Source: Octopus sinensis
Taxonomy: Eukaryota
Length of the DNA stretch: 64,000 nucleotides
Direction: 5' to 3'
Assembly: GCF_006345805.1 (NCBI RefSeq)
Contig: NC_043008.1
Coordinates: 31,496,001-31,560,000, forward strand
In this document: piece after piece, positions 36,547-51,218 of the stretch
How the letters are laid out: every line of letters starts with the position of its first letter
Position numbering within the stretch: position 1 is the first letter of the stretch
Translations under genes and position numbers: made by a program
The notes under the pieces: model-generated
The model's database searches: none
Told to the model about the DNA's origin: nothing
The model's input: the letters and a program-made list of their open reading frames with translations, nothing else

Positions 36547-37071
36547 TTCTGTATTTTTGTAATTTTTCTTAATTTATAATATATTCTTTATTTTATTAAA
36601 ATATTATTATAATATATTCTGTAAGCTGTAATTCTTCATTCACCTGAAAGCATATATAATGTAGATAACAAATAGTGGTAGTTTGAATAAAATTTAATTA
36701 AAAGAAAAACATAACCTCCTTCCTTGGCGGAGGGAAATATTGGATTCATTGGACCCAGTTGGTAATTAGTGACATGCAATTTCTCTGGTAGACCAAGGGT
36801 TAATGAAGTTTATTTTATCCCTTTTCTTTTTCCTTCTTTCTTTCTTTTTTATTTTTGTTTACCAGGATGGAAATAAGCTCATAAGTTTTAAATCACTAAC
36901 TTGATTAATTAATTTAACGCTGCTATAATTTGCGGTTTTACTCCCAAAATGAAAAAAAAAGTCTATGCAGTTGGCGCTTGGGTAATGTCGAATAGCTCTG
37001 CTAATACGTAAATTAGCAAACTGAAAAACTTCAGTTGACTGAGGCTGTCCATTTTATTTTCTATTTCTTAA

Positions 37072-37441
37072 CCCTTTGACTGCGTAATTAAATTTCATGG
37101 TCGTTCCCGTAATGATTTTAATAATCCACAAAAAGAAAAATAATAATAATAATATTTTCTGCTTCAGCAATGCTTTTCTAGTATCTCCCGTAGGTACGGT
37201 TTTCTCATCCATCACTACATTTGATTCTTGCTCTGTGAAGAGATAGTTGATGAAACACGAGGTAAAAATTAACAAGATCTGAAAAAATTGTCTTTTGTAA
37301 GAAGTGTCATTGGGATTGTTTCCATTTCTTGTAGCATACCGAATCTTTTTTTTTCTTCTCAAACGCATACGGTAAAACCACTTTCCATCGTTGACGGTAA
37401 TAAAAGTTTGAGCGGATATATCCACTTTCGCGTTGAAAGGG
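37072..37441. mobile_element. piggyBac-type MITE (probable)
   Basis: TTAA|CCCTTTGACTGCG ... CGCGTTGAAAGGG|CTAA. Confidence 0.6.
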
Positions 37442-38780
37442 CTAATAAAATTTCAGTCCATTGATTCTGTTGTAGTTATCATCCTTGCTTGTTGTCTCTA
37501 GATTTTAAACTCTCCCGGAAGAATATTTTGCATTCTAATTATCTGGATATCCTCATTTAATTCACTTATATTACATACATATTTCATATTACATGGATAT
37601 GACTCTATCGTACATGTATCCTCATAGAAGAACTCCGTTCCATGAAGCTTAGGCAGTACAATGTTAGACCAGGAGGAAGGGTTAAATACAGGATGCAATT
37701 GGTAGTCGTGGTGCTGTTAGGAGTAAAATGTGATATTAAACTCGTAGTGATCACAGTAGTGGTAACATGAAATTAATGGCAGCGGCGGTTGTATGGCGGT
37801 CAGATGTGAGACGATGTGTAGTAACGATGGCGAGTGTTAGTAAAATGCGAGATTAAGAGGAATTGTATTGATAGTAAAAGATGGTGGCAGTGGTACAGGT
37901 AATGGATAAATGTGAAGCTAAGAGTGGTGGTGTGGTGGTAGTGACGGTGAAGTGTAAGAGTTAGGCTGGTGGTGGTGCTGGTGGTGGTGCTGATGATAGT
38001 GGTGGTGGTGGTGGTGGTGGTGGTGGTGGTGGTGGAGGTAGTGGTGCTCGTAGCGATATTGGTAACGGTTAGTAATGTTTAAAGGTAAAACTAGCGCTTA
38101 GCAGTGTTAAAATGTAATACTGAGGGAGTGGTAATGGTGGTGATGGGGGATTAGAAGTGAAATTAAAAGAAATGGTGATAGTAATGGTAAAATGTAAGAC
38201 TTACGGGGTGGTGGTAGCGATGGTGATAATAGTGGTAGTGGTGGTGGTGGCGGTGGTGGCAATGGTGGTGGTGGTGCTGCTGGCGATGGTGGTGATGGTG
38301 GTAGTGGTGAGAGTGGACCAAAAAAGGAACTACCATGGGTGGTGGGCAAAATTACCTATTTTGCGGGGAGGGGTAGTAAGGTGATAGAGCTGGTGGTGGT
38401 GGTGGTGGGGAGGTCAACGTGTTTCATCCATTAAAAGATCGGTCTAGCATTTTATCTATTCCCTTATCCAACAGTGTTCCTTTGTTTGGAAACAGTACAT
38501 AACCCACCTACCCACCCATCACCACCACCACCATACATAGCTTACCTCTCTCTCCATTATAATCGGTAACATACCTCACTTCACCCAAACATAATCTTTT
38601 CCCCTTAAGACACCCAAGTTTGTCGTTTTGTTTAATCCTTTATTTTTATATTTACATTTTGTTTCGTTTTTCTCTCATAGGAAGGAACTCAGTGATATCA
38701 ACTGTTTTTCGGTAATGTTTGACGTATGACTTAAGTGTGTTTGTTGTGGCGAGACTTAACTCCCAGTCTCTCTCTCTCCC

Positions 38781-38849
<69 letters not shown>

Positions 38850-39540
38850 ATATCTATCTATCTATCTATCTCTTTCTCTCATACGCACACAAATACTTAC
38901 ATGCATACTCTTACACGTTTTCATTTTGTCTCTTGTCAAAATGTACAATCCCCTCCACTTCACCAACATCTCTCTCTCTTTCTCTCCCCCCTCTCTCCCT
39001 TTCTTGCTCTCTCCGCTCCAATACTTTTCCGCCAGACCACCACCAGTGGTTCCACGGCTTCAGCGAAATATTACTGAACCATTACCAATGCACTCAAAGT
39101 ATCTCTGCCAGTTATCAAACGTTTGTTGAAAAAAGTATGAAAGTATGAAAATATGATCTATCACTTACTTCGTCGCTGTCTTGCTGACATTATAGAGAAA
39201 GAGAAAGAGAGAAGGGGGGAAAAGAAAAGGAGAGAGAGGAATGAAAAGAGAAGCAAAAAAAAAAGAGTCCGCCCCATTGAAAAAAGAATAATAATTCAAA
39301 GAAAGAATGGTAGGGACGGGAATAAATATAGAATGAAAAAATTACAAAAATGAATTTGAAAAATATTACACAAAACACCACCTCGAGGAAAGAACAGAAA
39401 ATATAATAGCTTCTTTTTCTTATTTTTGAAACAAGAGCTGCCTTGTAAGAATAAGATTGAATAATAAGATGCAAGATGCAAAGTCTCTACTACTACTACT
39501 ACTACTACTACTACTGCTGCTACTACTAATACTACTACTG

Positions 39541-39593
<53 letters not shown>

Positions 39594-39861
39594 GTTACTA
39601 TATGGTAGGTTGTAAACCTTTTCAGTAAATTCTTGTCCTTTTACATTTAGAGTTCAAACCCTACCGAGATCGGCTTTCCCTTTCATACTCTCAAGGTTAA
39701 TAACATGAAATACCAGTAAAAAAATTTTTTTTAACTTCGAAATCGATATAATCGATTACACAGCTCTGATCCCCTAAACCATAGGCCAATCTTTGAAATC
39801 ATTATCATCCTAGGATGATAATATTTTTGTCGTCGTTGTTGTTTAGTCTCAAGTTTGCTCC

Positions 39862-39940
39862 GATTTGAACACAAAATGTACCTGTCAAGATTCGAACACA
39901 AAATTACCTGTCAAGATTCTAACACAAAATTACTTGTCAA
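39862..39940. repeat. Minisatellite, 26-bp unit x3 (GATTCGAACACAAAATTACCTGTCAA)
   Basis: Direct read. Confidence 0.9.
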
Positions 39941-40494
39941 GAACTGGAAATCGATTAAATGGACAAATCTTCCTCTAAATTTCGTCTCAGTATTAACCGT
40001 AGCCGATACTATGATGTGAGAAAATACTCGAAGAAAGACAACAGAGAACCACTCTTGTATTCTCTTATGAAAATTCAATGAGAAATTCCCTAAGATTTTC
40101 AAACAAGACACCAGGTGTTGTTTGTTGGACTAATGGCACATCTTTCTTTGCAGCTATTTCAATGAAATAAAACCTTTGTAACTTTTTAAAGCCTTTAGAA
40201 CATTTTTAAAAGTTAGTCATGTTTCTACAAATACACTCGCGCGCACGCAAAGTATTCACTCAAACAGTAAAAAAAAAATCTCTCAAATTACGCTCTACCG
40301 CAGTGGTTTTCAATCTTTTTGTCTACATGGCGTACCTCAGATGAAAAAATACCGGTGCATTTCTCATGAGCAAGTAAGGCTAACTATCTCTCAAACAATT
40401 TAGTAGTAAATGTACAAAACTATTGCTTATTCATAATATTTGTGTATAACAAAATTGTGAATATCACGTTTTTCAGGAAGTTCAAGTATTCTTT

Positions 40495-41075
40495 TCTACT
40501 CTAGGCACAAGGCCCGAAATTTGGGGGGATGGAGCCAGTCGATGAGATCAACCCCAGAATGCAACTGGAACTTAATTTATCGACCCCGAAAGGATGAAAG
40601 GCAAAGTCAACCTCGGCGGAATTTGAACTCAGAACATAACGGCAGACGAAATACCTATTTCTTTACTACCCACAAGGGACTAAACACAGAGAGGACAAAC
40701 AAGGACAGACAAACGGATTAAGTCGATTGTATCGACTTTATATCGACCAGTGCGTAACAGGTACTTATTTAATCGACCCCGAAAAGATGAAAGGCAAAGT
40801 TGACCTCGGCGGAATTTGAACTCAAAATGTAACGGCAGACGAAATACCTATTTCTTTACTACCCACAAGGGGCTAAACACAGAGAGGACAAACAAGGACA
40901 GACAAACGGATTAAGTTGATTATATCGACCCCAGTGCGTAACTGGTACTTATTTAATCGACCCCGAAAGGATGAAAGGCAAAGTCGACCTCGGCGGAATT
41001 TGAACTCAGAACGTAACGACAGACGTAATACCACTAAGCATTTCGCTCGGCGCGCTAACGTTTCTCCGCCCGGAC
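40495..41075 (-). mobile_element. SINE family B trimeric head-to-tail array
   Basis: Junction GAAATACCTATTTC at 40648 and 40841; head near 41025. Confidence 0.9.
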
Positions 41076-41611
41076 TTTTAAGCTACCTCCTGTGGAGGAA
41101 TAAAGAGAGCTAAATAGCATGACTCTAATACGTCTATAATGACTATATGTCGCGGTGGTGTTTGATCAGAGGTTAAGGACGAATGAGAATTCATTTTGTA
41201 ATGCAATCATTCTATTGTTCCAGTTCCAAGTCGAATTCCAACTATTAACCAATTTCTCCAGGATGTAAAATTAACGAAGAGAATGTCATTTATATCCCCC
41301 TTGATCTCTGACGTCATCTGACAAAAAATATTTAGTGTTTTACATCAATGTGAGAAATCATTTATATCCAATTTTCAGTGTAGCCAATCAGGCAATAGCT
41401 GTGCGTTTATCTAAAAACAACGATCCAAATGCTTTTAAATCAGATCCCAGTGCTGGATGTTCAAGAACCAAATGAAAAGCAGATTTTCAATCCCGGTTTC
41501 AATCCTGATCTCAAGAAGGTATATTATATCTATGTAGTGTAAATATAGACTGAAATACAAGGGTTCTGGACAGACATAATTTCGCGTTTATTATTATAAA
41601 AATAAATAAAT

Positions 41612-41862
41612 GCGCCCATTTAAGGCCTAACCAGGCTCATGGGCCCGGTTTCCCGATTTCTATGGCGTATGTGTTCCCCAGCTGGACGGGACGCCAGTCC
41701 ATCGCAGCGTTACTCATTTTTGCCAGCTGAGTGGACTGGAGCAACGTGAAATGAAGTGTTTTGCTCAAGGACACAACGCGTCGCCCGGTCCAGGAATCGA
41801 AACCACAATCTTACGATCATGATGTTGACACCATAACCACTTAGCCACGCGCCTCCACGTTT
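41612..41862 (-). mobile_element. tRNA-headed SINE with a CORE-like body and a V-domain-like segment
   Basis: Reverse complement: GTGGCTAAGTGG..TTTCGATTCC..TTGTGTCCTTGAGCAAAACACTT..CTGCGATGGACTGGCGTCCCGTCCAG. Confidence 0.75.
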
Positions 41863-42826
41863 ATATAAACGATATAATTAATCGTAGTTCTGGCAAGAAC
41901 GTTTTTGATAATAGGTCTTCTAGACTAGCATCGAACTGGGATTAAATAACAACTTAGCTCACATATTAAATTATTTATTATTATTATTGTTATTATTCAA
42001 AATAAGTACCAGTTGAACACTGAGGTCGATGTGATCGACCCATCCACCCCTTTCAAAATTGCTGCCCTTATGACAAAATTTAAAACTATTATTATTATTG
42101 TTGTTGTTGTTGTTTATGAAGTTCTTACAATTTCTAAAAGTCAGATAGAATAGTGTTAACAGTAGAGAACTGGTTTAAATAACTTAAAATTCAGTTTCGT
42201 CTCTCATTGTTCAATGTTTAAGTTCTAATTATCTCAACTTCACCATTCACCGTTCCAGTTTCGATAAAATAAAAAATACTACATATGTATCCAAGCCGAA
42301 TATGATCGTTACCAATAATATTTAGTGTTCTTGTGTGAATTCAACTAATTGTTATTACTTCAATTCCAGCAACGGTGAATTTGCAGAACTAGTTGAACAC
42401 TAAGCAAAATACCTTGTCTGAAGTCAACGAAAGTCTTCCTGAAATATCTCACTTTCTAACTCCGCCAATTCGCCGCCTTCCATGCCATACTCCCGTAAGA
42501 ATACACTAGGTGATCTAATTACCATATGGTTTTTAAAAGGGTTAGTGCTAAAACTCCCTATCCTCTTCCCCCGGTGATTCTATTATTGGTTGACATCATA
42601 TGGAAATATTTCTGTCAAGGGATTAAAACAGAGTTGGATTACAACCGACTGACATCGCGCTGGGAGGAAAGGAGTTGGATTTTGTTGATGGCTCTTTTTA
42701 ACCTGCTCTGGAGATAACAGAAGCCGATCTTTGTGTTGAATGTTAGAAAACTTCCAGCTCTTCCCTACACCCTATCTTCTGCCTTTTCTTTCTCTCCCTC
42801 TCTGAAGCAAACACACATGCATACAT

Positions 42827-43075
<249 letters not shown>

Positions 43076-44037
43076 GCTCACTTTTATCAAGCTTCTCAAA
43101 TGTGAAATATCCTTAATTGATAAGTTTAATTTAACCAAAATTAGATGTGCTTCATTGATCGGGATGAAATAGTGTGAACTACAGAAACACTTCCAGAAAA
43201 GAAAATGGAGTAGGAGAGAAGGAGAAAAGGTGACGGAGGAGGAGGGGAGAAAGCGAAGGAGGAGGAAGTGAGAGGGAAGATGTTAGATAGATCCTGTTAA
43301 ACAGTAGCTTGTCGGTTCAAACATCTTGTCCTATCTTTTTGCTTCTTGGCGTTGATTTTCGACCATCTTATAAATGTTAGTAAAATATATATCTGTAATA
43401 CATCAGGTCAGTTTAATCTTTATAACGTTGTGTCGCTACATCAATGTGAGAAATCATTTATATCCAATTTTCAGTGTAACCAATCAGGCAATATCTGCTC
43501 GTTTATCTAAACATCCTATCACAGCACGAAACTAATAAGACTTCCATTTCTTATTTTAGTTTCCATGTAAAAACAAATTGGGATTTAGTCGTCTTGTTTA
43601 TATTTCTTCGGGTTACATTCTCTGTAGCTATTAACGTCCTGTTGCGGAGATTGTTGAACAGAAACGTAGACACATAAAGATCTATGGTGTTCTGGAATGT
43701 ACTCAGTATAGGGCTTTGGGGCGTCCGGCGTCATTCGTTGATCTTTTAACTCTTCTGACTGTCAAAACTGAATGTAAAATATAGACATGGCATAAAACTG
43801 GCGCAAACGTGGTTGGGTGGGTAAGAAGCTCGCTTTGCAACCACAAGATTTTGGGTTCAGTCCCACTGCGCAATACATTAGGCAAGTGATATCTCCTGTA
43901 GCCCCAGACCGACCAATGCCTTGTGAGTGAATTTGGTAGGCGGAAACTGTGGAAGCTCGTCATGTATAATATATATATTACATTTCTAAATATCTCAGAG
44001 AGATATAAGCAGTAGTGGTACGATAGAGTAGTTATAT

Positions 44038-44230
44038 ACTGTCAACTTAATGTGACAGTTCCATGAAGGGACTAGTCTCTGGATGCAGGCTTAGCTGGGT
44101 GGGGGTGCTTGTCTCCCCCTTGTAAACATAAGGACACAGGAAATGTGTCAAGCCCGACAAGAAGCGTTGATGGTTCCTAGGGCTGTGTCATTCCCTTCAT
44201 GGGACTGACGCATTAAGTTGACTACACTAT
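44038..44230. mobile_element. MITE-like element with imperfect inverted ends of about 30 bp and a multi-hairpin interior
   Basis: GTCAACTTAATGTGACAGTTCCATGAAGGGA is inverted to TCCCTTCATGGGACTGACGCATTAAGTTGAC. Confidence 0.7.
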
Positions 44231-44549
44231 ATATATATATATATATATGAATAATATGAAACGAGGATGGAGAATAACACTTTAATCTGTGATTGAGATG
44301 GAACTTTTTCTTTACTGCCCACAAGGGGCTACACACAGAGAGGACAAACAAGGACAGACAAACGGATTAAGTTGGTTACATCGACTCCAGTGCATAACTG
44401 GTATTTATTTATCGACCCCGAAAGGGTGAAAAGCAAAGTCGACCTCGGCGGAATTTGAACTCAGGACGTAACGGCAGACGAAATACCGCTAAGCATTTCG
44501 TCCGGCGCACCGACGTTTCTGCCAGCTCACCGTTAATTTAGCTTGCAGA

Positions 44550-45227
44550 ATGAGTCGGGACGTTTGGAACTTCGCTATGCAATAAAAATTCTTTTAAATA
44601 GGACAAAATTATTACTGAAACGTAATGTGTGGATTAACTTTTTTGGAAGCACAAAAGTTTCAAAGACGGTAGAGCGGATGTGAAAGACGATGAGAGGTGT
44701 GTGAGCGAGAGGGACATCAGAACATCAGAGCTGATTTTAAAAATTCGCAATTTTGCGGAGGAAGATAGTCGTGAGTCTGTAAAGTCAATAAGCATCCAGT
44801 TTGGAGTCGGTGTGGCAACTGTACACTGAATAATTCATGAAGATCTGAACATGCACAAAATCTGTGCTAAGTTTGTTTCCAGGGTGCTCAGGGACGAGCA
44901 TCCTGGTAACCAACTACTTGACAGAGATGGGCATCAAAATTGTCCTTCACCTCTCCTATAGCCCATACTTTGCTCCCTATAACTTTTGGTTGTTCCTCAA
45001 GCTAAAAAGGTAATTATTTTGAAGGTGAAGGAGGCTGCCACAAGGCCCCCGCCAGACACCTTCACTCTGGGGGATTTCCATAAGGCCTTCACGAAGTGGT
45101 TGGAGTGCTACAACATATACATTGAAAATAGAGAATCCTACTTTGGGTGAGATGAAGGTTTTGTACACGTTTGAAATTACTAAACATCTCTCCTGAAAAA
45201 GTCTGAAAATTTCTGGAATGCACTTTG
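44550..45227 (+). pseudogene. mariner transposase, internally deleted remnant
   Basis: ELRYAIK; HKSFKDGRADVKDDER; HEDLNMHKICAKFVSRVL joined to YLTEMGIKIVLHLSYSPYFAPYNFWLFLKLK (YSPDLAP motif). Confidence 0.8.
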
Positions 45228-46829
45228 AAACTAAATAACGACATAGAGAACAACATAACTCAACAATCCTAACGCTTCTGTAACTTTACAAACTTCAGAA
45301 CTTAAGAAAGACCGAAGTAAAGAAACATAGATTTTTAGCTTCAACACAAGGCGAATTATTTTGGGAGAGGAAATAGATGCTTAAATTGTTTCGGAGCTCG
45401 AGAAATACTTATTTATTCACCCCTCCCTAAAAAACAAACTATAAAGTCGACGTCTTCAGGTTTCGATTTCTCATTGTAAAAGGATGTAACAAAGTGCTGC
45501 CAGATATTTTGCCTGCCGCGTTATCGATTCTGCTAATCCACCGCCATCTTGTCTAAAACTCCACCGCCATTTTATAGAAGACTTTTAGATATTTTAGTCT
45601 GAAATACCGCTGTGAACTTTCAATGAACTCGTGAAAAAATGCATTACAGCTGCTTTTGCTTGGTATCAAAGTTTTCTTCGACGAATCAATATCATTTTAT
45701 TCGTTTCATTCTTTTATTCCATTTCGTTTTATTTCTTTATATCAGGAATGTTCTGGAAGACAGCTTATGTTAAGAATATCATACTTTGTTAGTATGTCCA
45801 ATTTCATACGTCAATATTTGCGTGTAATGTAAGCTGTCCGTCTCTTCGTTTCATTTAATGCTCTACTTGTACAATGTTGCAAGGAGAATACATCATTGTA
45901 AAATCTATTATTAGGAATAACTGACAATTTAATTTTTACTACATGAAATATTCTAACATTAACTTAACTATTATTTTTTCACGCGAACGCGGATGACGTC
46001 ATTGACGAATTAATTTCAGTTTTGTTGTTACTTTTTAAATATGAAAACATTTAAATATGAATACAGCCTAGATACTCAAATGTAAAATCTATTTGTTCAT
46101 TCATCTAATTACTTATCTTTCTATGTCAGTCTGTCTGACTTTCAATAGCTCTATTTATCTGTCTATTGATTGATCTGTCTTTCTCCCTGGCATTCTATTG
46201 ATTGTCTTTCTTTTTCTCGCTTTCTTTTTCTTCTTAATTTTATAACAGAAAGATATGATTGTTAATATTATCCAATCACATTTCCTATTTCCTACAAAAA
46301 TATGTTAAAAATCTTACGAAATATAATAAAACGTTGGCGAAGGTGGGAAAGGAAGTAGTGTCAATTGAAATGCTCTGAGTTCATATCCTACCGATGTCTT
46401 CTATGTACTTCACCACTCTGCAGTTCGTAATATAATTACGAGTTAAGATGTACGAAGTCCAGCCAAGTTGTCATTATCAAATCTTACAAAAATTAAATTC
46501 AACTTAAATTAAAAGAAATCGGAAATAATCTTTTCTATCGAAAGCACAAGGACTGGTGGAAGGGGTCCAGACGATTATATCTACCTCAGTGTTTCACTAG
46601 TACTTAATTTGTCGGCCCCGAAAGGATGAAAGGTAAAGTTGACTTCGGCAGAATTTGAACTCAAAACGTGAAGACGGACGAAATGCGGCTAGGCAGTTTG
46701 TCTGGCGTGCTAACGATTCTGCCAGCTCTCTGTCTCTGCGAAATCAGTAATAATAATATCTGATACTGGTAATGTGACAGCTCTACCATTCGATATTCAG
46801 AAGAAGTTAGTAAAAAAAGATCAAATTTG

Positions 46830-47205
46830 TGACCTTAAATTCGGTTTTCGAGTCTGTCCTCACGTATGGTTGTGGACGTTGGTTATTGTCCGGCAGGGTG
46901 TGTAGCTCGAGGATAAGGGAGTCTCTCCGAGTCGAGTCACTACTTCTCTGCATTAAGAGGACATAGCTCCGGTCTTTGGGACATGTGATTAGAGTGTCGC
47001 AGGAAAGAATCGTAAGACGGGTTCTTCAAGCTGAGACAGCTGAGATCTAGGGGCAGAATACGAATGAGATGGTCGGATTATATCCATAAACTCAGTCAGT
47101 TTCATTTGGGAATCCAGCAGGAGAGTCTAATGACAATTGTTTCTGATAAGATCCTACAGAGAAGATGCTTGAGTGGGCGGAAAAGATGGACGAATGATAT
47201 TGGTA
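46830..47205 (+). pseudogene. RTE-clade LINE 3-prime coding end
   Basis: SVLTYGC..; LRSLGHVIRVSQERIVRRVLQAE; RGRIRMRWSD. Confidence 0.7.
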
Positions 47206-47617
47206 AAAAAAAAAAGAGGTCAAATACATGTAAGGCAATGGTTAAAAGTCTATTTAATCGATATCTGTACATAACTGGTGATTATTTTATCGACCACACA
47301 GAGATAAAAGGCTAAGTTAGGATGTTATGTAAATAGAAAATTTAGTGTGCCATTTTATCGTTTCTACTGTTGTCTCCTGAGAAATTTTGATTTTATACGC
47401 GGTCAAATATATTTGTTGTGGGGTGCGGTGGGGTGGGATTGTTAATCGATTAAATTGACCCCGTTACTTAGACTAGTACTTTATTTCATTGACTAACGAA
47501 GAATAAAAAAAAGCCGACCACGGTTGGATTTGAACTTAGAAAGCCGAACGGCAAGGAGCGGAAGAGATTTGTCTGATTCTAACACACACATACGCACACA
47601 CACACACAACACACACA

Positions 47618-47661
<44 letters not shown>

Positions 47662-47856
47662 ACACACACACACACAAACAAACAAACACGTATATATACA
47701 TTATGCACACACATAAGCATATATATATTGAACAGCCGAAATTTGCTATGATGATTCGGTGTCTGACTGAAGATTGAAGGCTTCGAATGATTTGTCTGTG
47801 TTCCGTGTTTGTCCCTTCCTGTATTTCACGTTCTTTATATATAAAATATTTATCCC

Positions 47857-47895
<39 letters not shown>

Positions 47896-48082
47896 GCATA
47901 TATAAAGTTATACACACACACGTGTGTATAACTTTTATAATATTGAAATAGCTATAAAACCGTCAAAAGCTTGTTTATTTTTGTTTTTTTTATATTTATT
48001 ACTAGTGTTGTTTAAAATATTTTGCTAAAATTGCTGTTTCTTTTCAGATATCATCAGAAAAAAGTAATTAAAATTCATTAAA

Positions 48083-48460
48083 ATGACAGATCTATCGGAC
48101 TTTCAAAGAGGTCAAATTGTTGGTGCTCGTATGGCAAGCGCTAGCGAAACGAAAACAGCCGAAATGTTTGGTGTATCAAGAAGTACTGTCTTGGAAAGTA
48201 ATGACAGCTTTTGAGAAAGAGGGAAAAGCCTCCTCGTCGAAACAAAACTCCGGAAGAAAACCAAACCTTTCAGATAGAGACCGTCGGGCTCTTACGCAAA
48301 TTGTTTGAAAGGATCACAAAAGTACAGCTCCCAAAATTACTGCAGAGCTTAATGACCAACTTGAGAATCCAGTTTCCACAAAAACTGTTTGCCGAGAGCT
48401 GCACGAAGCCGGATTTCACGGGAGGGCTGCAAAAAGAAAATCACTACTTTCAAAAACAAA
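48083..48460 (+). pseudogene. Tc1 transposase N-terminal (DNA-binding) remnant
   Basis: MTDLSDFQRGQIVGARMA..VSRSTV..SGRKPNLSDRDRR..VSTKTVCRELHEAGFHGRAAKRK; one frameshift and one stop. Confidence 0.88.
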
Positions 48461-49283
48461 AACATCTGATTTCAAAGAGCCAGAAGAAATACTGCTAAGC
48501 CTTTTGCCCGACGTGCTAGCGATTCTGCCAGCTCGCCACCACAAAAACTCGACCCATGATAATAGTATCAAATTTTCATACAAAGCCAGTAATTTCGGGA
48601 GAGGGGTAAGTCGATTACATGGACCCCAGTGCTCAAATAGTATTTTGTCGACTCCGAGAGGATGAAATGCAAAGTCGTCCTCATGGAATTTGAACTCAGA
48701 ACATAAAGACGTTCTTACACATTCTTTTCTGTAATACATTTCCTGAGATACCAGGATCTGTAACCACATTATCTAACGTGTACTTTTATTTAGACAAGGG
48801 GATTTGGCTGCTAGTTCTAGCTAGTCGAGTGACTACGTTTCGAATTTGGTAATGTAGTGATTTCACTTATTTGCCACAAGGGTGAGTAGTAAGGATGTTG
48901 GTATGGGTGATGGTTGTGATGGTAAGGGTGTCGGTGGTGGTGTTGCTGGTGGTGATAGTGGTAGCTGTTGTGATGGTAGAGAGTGATAATGATGATGGTC
49001 GCGGCGGCGGCGGCGGCGGTGGTGGTGGTAGTAGAGGTAGACCTAATGTTGCTGTTGCTGCTGCTGTTGTTGGTGGTGGTGGTGGTTGTGGTGCTGATCG
49101 TGTGTGTGTGTTTGTATGTGTGTGTGTTTGTATGTGTGTGTGTATGTGTATCTCTATATATGTATGTATATGTATGTGTATATGTTTATGTATGTATATA
49201 TGTATATGTATGTATGTGTCTATGTATATATGTATGTATTATGTATATCCTGATGGTGATGCTAACACAAAAACTGTGGACTT

Positions 49284-49318
<35 letters not shown>

Positions 49319-49734
49319 TACTAGTGTTCTCCAACTTTGATGGTAAAGGTAGACGTAATGTTGTTGTTGTTTTTGGCGGTGGTGGTGGTGGTGATAGAGG
49401 TGGTGGCGTTGGCGGTGGGAGTAGGGTTACTTAGTTGTGCTTGTGATGTAGGTGGGCTCAAAGATGAGAACGTAAGTAGTGATGGCGGTGATAGTTGTTT
49501 GACGCGGTGATGGTGGTGGTGGTGGTGGTGTTGGTAAATGTGGTAAGTGATGGGGAAGGAGGGGGTGGGCAGCATGAGAAAATGCTTCTTCCATTCCTTG
49601 TCCCATTCTTATACAATTATCCCAGCTGCTCTAATATTGTGTTCTTCGGTGTCTATAAATACTTGAAACTACTTGAAGACATAAAACATCTGATGTTTAC
49701 TCTCGCATTCGTTCATTCTTTACGTGACATAACC

Positions 49735-49769
<35 letters not shown>

Positions 49770-49996
49770 CATCATCATCATCATCATCATATTCACTTTC
49801 TCCTTCGACTATGTCTTTAGGATTTCTGCATGACTAAGTTGCTAACTAAAGAACAATAAAGCTGGTTATGTACGGTATTTCATTGTTATTATAAACCCTG
49901 TACGTAATTTTTTGTGTGTGTATGTGCATGTGTGTGTGTGTGTATATCTATATATGTATGCATATGCATGTGTATATGTTTATGTATGTATATATT

Positions 49997-50076
<80 letters not shown>

Positions 50077-50134
50077 TTATGTATGTATATATATATATAT
50101 GTATGTATATACATGTATGTATTATGTATGTATG

Positions 50135-50165
<31 letters not shown>

Positions 50166-50754
50166 GCATGTAATGCATGTATGTATGTATGTATGCATGT
50201 ATGTATGTGTATCCATGTGTGTCTGTGTGCACACGTGCAAGTGCGTATGCATACTTATGTACGGGTATGGCGGTATTCATTAGAGTGCCACCCTTAACTG
50301 AAAGAAAAATGCGGTTAATCATCATAGTCAATGTTAACTCGTTTCAAGTCGAATGCACGCCACCCACCCACTGACCTCTAACACTAGCACCACCATCACT
50401 ACCACCACTTCAACCAATTGAGATGACCTCATCAATTAACCCGACCCTAATAAACTTGCAATAGTTTCGTTAATCTTATGTGAGTAATCTTGTAAGTGTG
50501 GGACTAGAATACAAAATCCGAGGAATTTCGAGATGTCGGCAACAATTAGTCTCGGGGAGAGTTTATAGAAGAGTTTGACAAGTTCGCTTGCTATGACGAG
50601 TAAGAACATTTAGCCCGGTGGTCCTCAACCATTTTTTGCCTATGGACCTCTTTGATTCCTATTTTAATCTATAGGACATCCATAGCCATTCAAAGTATGT
50701 AAAATATTATACTACTGTGTTATTTTTAATTAAGTTTTAATTAATTAAATATTA

Positions 50755-51170
50755 CTCTTTTACTCTATTACTTGTTTCAGTCATGTGACTGTGACCATGC
50801 TGGAGCACCACCATTAGTCGAGCAAATCGATCCCAGGAATTATTCTTTGTAAGCCTAGTACTTATTCTATCGGTCTCTTTTGCCGAACCGCTAAGTTACG
50901 GGGACGTAAACACACCAGCATCGGTTGTCAAGTGATGTTGGGGAGACAAACACAGACACACAAACATATACACACACATACATATATATATATGTACATA
51001 TGCACGACGGACTTCTTTCAGTTTCCGTCTACCAAATCCACTCACAAGGCTTTGGTCGGCCCGAGGCTATAGTAGAAGACACTTGCCCAAGGTGCTACAC
51101 ATTGGGACTGAACCCGGAACCATGTGGTTTGTAAGCAAGCTACTTACCACACAACCACTCCTACGCCTAT
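50755..51170 (-). mobile_element. SINE family A, near consensus
   Basis: Full head-to-tail match to the other copies. Confidence 0.9.
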
Positions 51171-51218
51171 TACTAAGATTTATAAAAAAGAATTAAATAT
51201 TTTGTGTATTGTTGATGT

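Noticed and set aside
37498-37698. 66-aa minus ORF, or a plus-strand hydrophobic frame resembling a GPCR helix
   Set aside because: In-frame stops, no recognisable family motif and no supported splice structure.
25705-41075. Tandem SINE units or the 26-bp minisatellite as CRISPR arrays
   Set aside because: Eukaryotic context, no unique spacers and no cas genes.
43625-43677. GTC CTGTTGC .. GAAACGTA GAC as an HHR
   Set aside because: Only 3-bp stem I, no foldable stem II, and an altered core; compatible with chance.
49735-49790. (ATG)n(ATC)n palindromic microsatellite as a poly-Met/Ile coding region
   Set aside because: A simple inverted microsatellite junction.
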